The translations under genes were made by a program, and so were the position numbers. A DNA stretch of 64,000 nucleotides, from assembly GCA_038087875.1 (NCBI GenBank), contig CM075989.1, positions 12,030,001 to 12,094,000 of the forward strand, read 5' to 3'. This document shows, one piece after another, positions 63,441 to 64,000 of this stretch. The notes beneath the pieces are model-generated. The model worked only from the letters and a program-made list of their open reading frames with translations, did no database searches and was not told the origin of the DNA. Numbering within the stretch: position 1 is the stretch's first letter; each line of letters begins with the position of its first letter. Source of the DNA: Malacoraja senta. Taxonomy: Eukaryota.

Positions 63441-63779
63441 TTTGATGGGAGCGGGATAGGCGTGAGTGGTGGAATATTACATTGGGGGAATGGGTTGCGT
63501 TGGGGAAACAGGTGAGTGGTGGAATATTGCGTTGGGGAACGGGTTACGTTGGGGGACCAGTCCTCCCTTGTGACAGGGACCCAAGGGTCCCACTTAGTCT
63601 AGTTAAATCTAGAAATGGCCAAGAACACTGGATGCAGCAACTATGTGACCCAACCACATCCTGGCTGCAGTACTGAAGAATTGTGCTCCAGAACTAGCTG
63701 CACCTCTAGCCGAGCTATTCCACTACAGTTACAATACTAGTACCTATTCGACAATGTGCTGTCTTTTTAGTATTGCTCC

Positions 63780-64000
63780 TGCAACAGTGCTACGCTGCCT
63801 TCAATAATATAAGCTGATAATAACATTGCCCTCCAATAATATACGCTGACTAAACACTCGCCCTCCAACGTGCAACACTGCCTCAGTACTGTCCTTCCAA
63901 TTGATCAACGTTCCCTAAGTACTGGTGCTCTCACAGGGCAGTGCGCCCTCAGTACTATACCTCCAAAGGTGCTATAGTACCTCAGAACTGCTCCTCTAAT
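63780..64000. repeat. ~32-33 bp minisatellite, same family as 9.1 and 10.0 kb (runs off the window end)
   Basis: Degenerate CTCAGTACTG..CCTCCAA units. Confidence 0.7.

Larger units (their letters stand above)
62423..63602 (+). mobile_element. Non-autonomous Helitron-like element (about 1.18 kb) with captured sequence
   Basis: 3' hairpin GGGACCC-AA-GGGTCCC (63576-63591), a 7 nt spacer, CTAG (63599-63602), then T. TC at 62423 where LINE similarity stops. No TSD. The 5' boundary is less certain. Confidence 0.72.
62235..63760 (+). mobile_element. Old LINE (pre-RT region) split into 62235-62422 and 63603-63760
   Basis: The left part encodes SREW.WTIKQLT..IPIL.NG..EAF..FS. The right part encodes LDAA...AAVLKNCAPELAAPLAELFHYSYNT (start of the RT region). 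Both are in the same orientation and the expected order. Confidence 0.65.

Overview
Repeat-dense vertebrate DNA, most likely from a cartilaginous fish (skate/ray-like). I infer this from the mix of HE1-type V-SINEs, Deu-domain SINEs, CR1 LINEs and Neptune-type Penelope elements; all family names come from motif recognition, not a database search. No complete host protein-coding gene is visible. A CpG-island promoter and first exon of an unidentified plus-strand gene lie at about 17.8-18.1 kb, so much of the downstream sequence is probably intronic. All long, convincing ORFs belong to retroelements: CR1 RT, L2 RT, Rex1/Babar RT and Penelope RT + GIY-YIG. Main observations: (1) A ~1.2 kb element at 62423-63602 has a Helitron-type 3' end, splits an old LINE, and carries a frameshifted GC3-rich exon with its splice donor plus a perfect DR1 site, consistent with exon capture. 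(2) Several Penelope insertions have 15-16 bp TSDs, inverted ends, two discrete end points and minimal hammerhead-like cores. (3) There are two hAT-type DNA elements with 8 bp TSDs, one containing a promoter/first-exon-like cassette. (4) Minisatellites appear to derive from a Deu-SINE segment. (5) Young L2 and Rex1 copies are candidates for a horizontal-transfer test.
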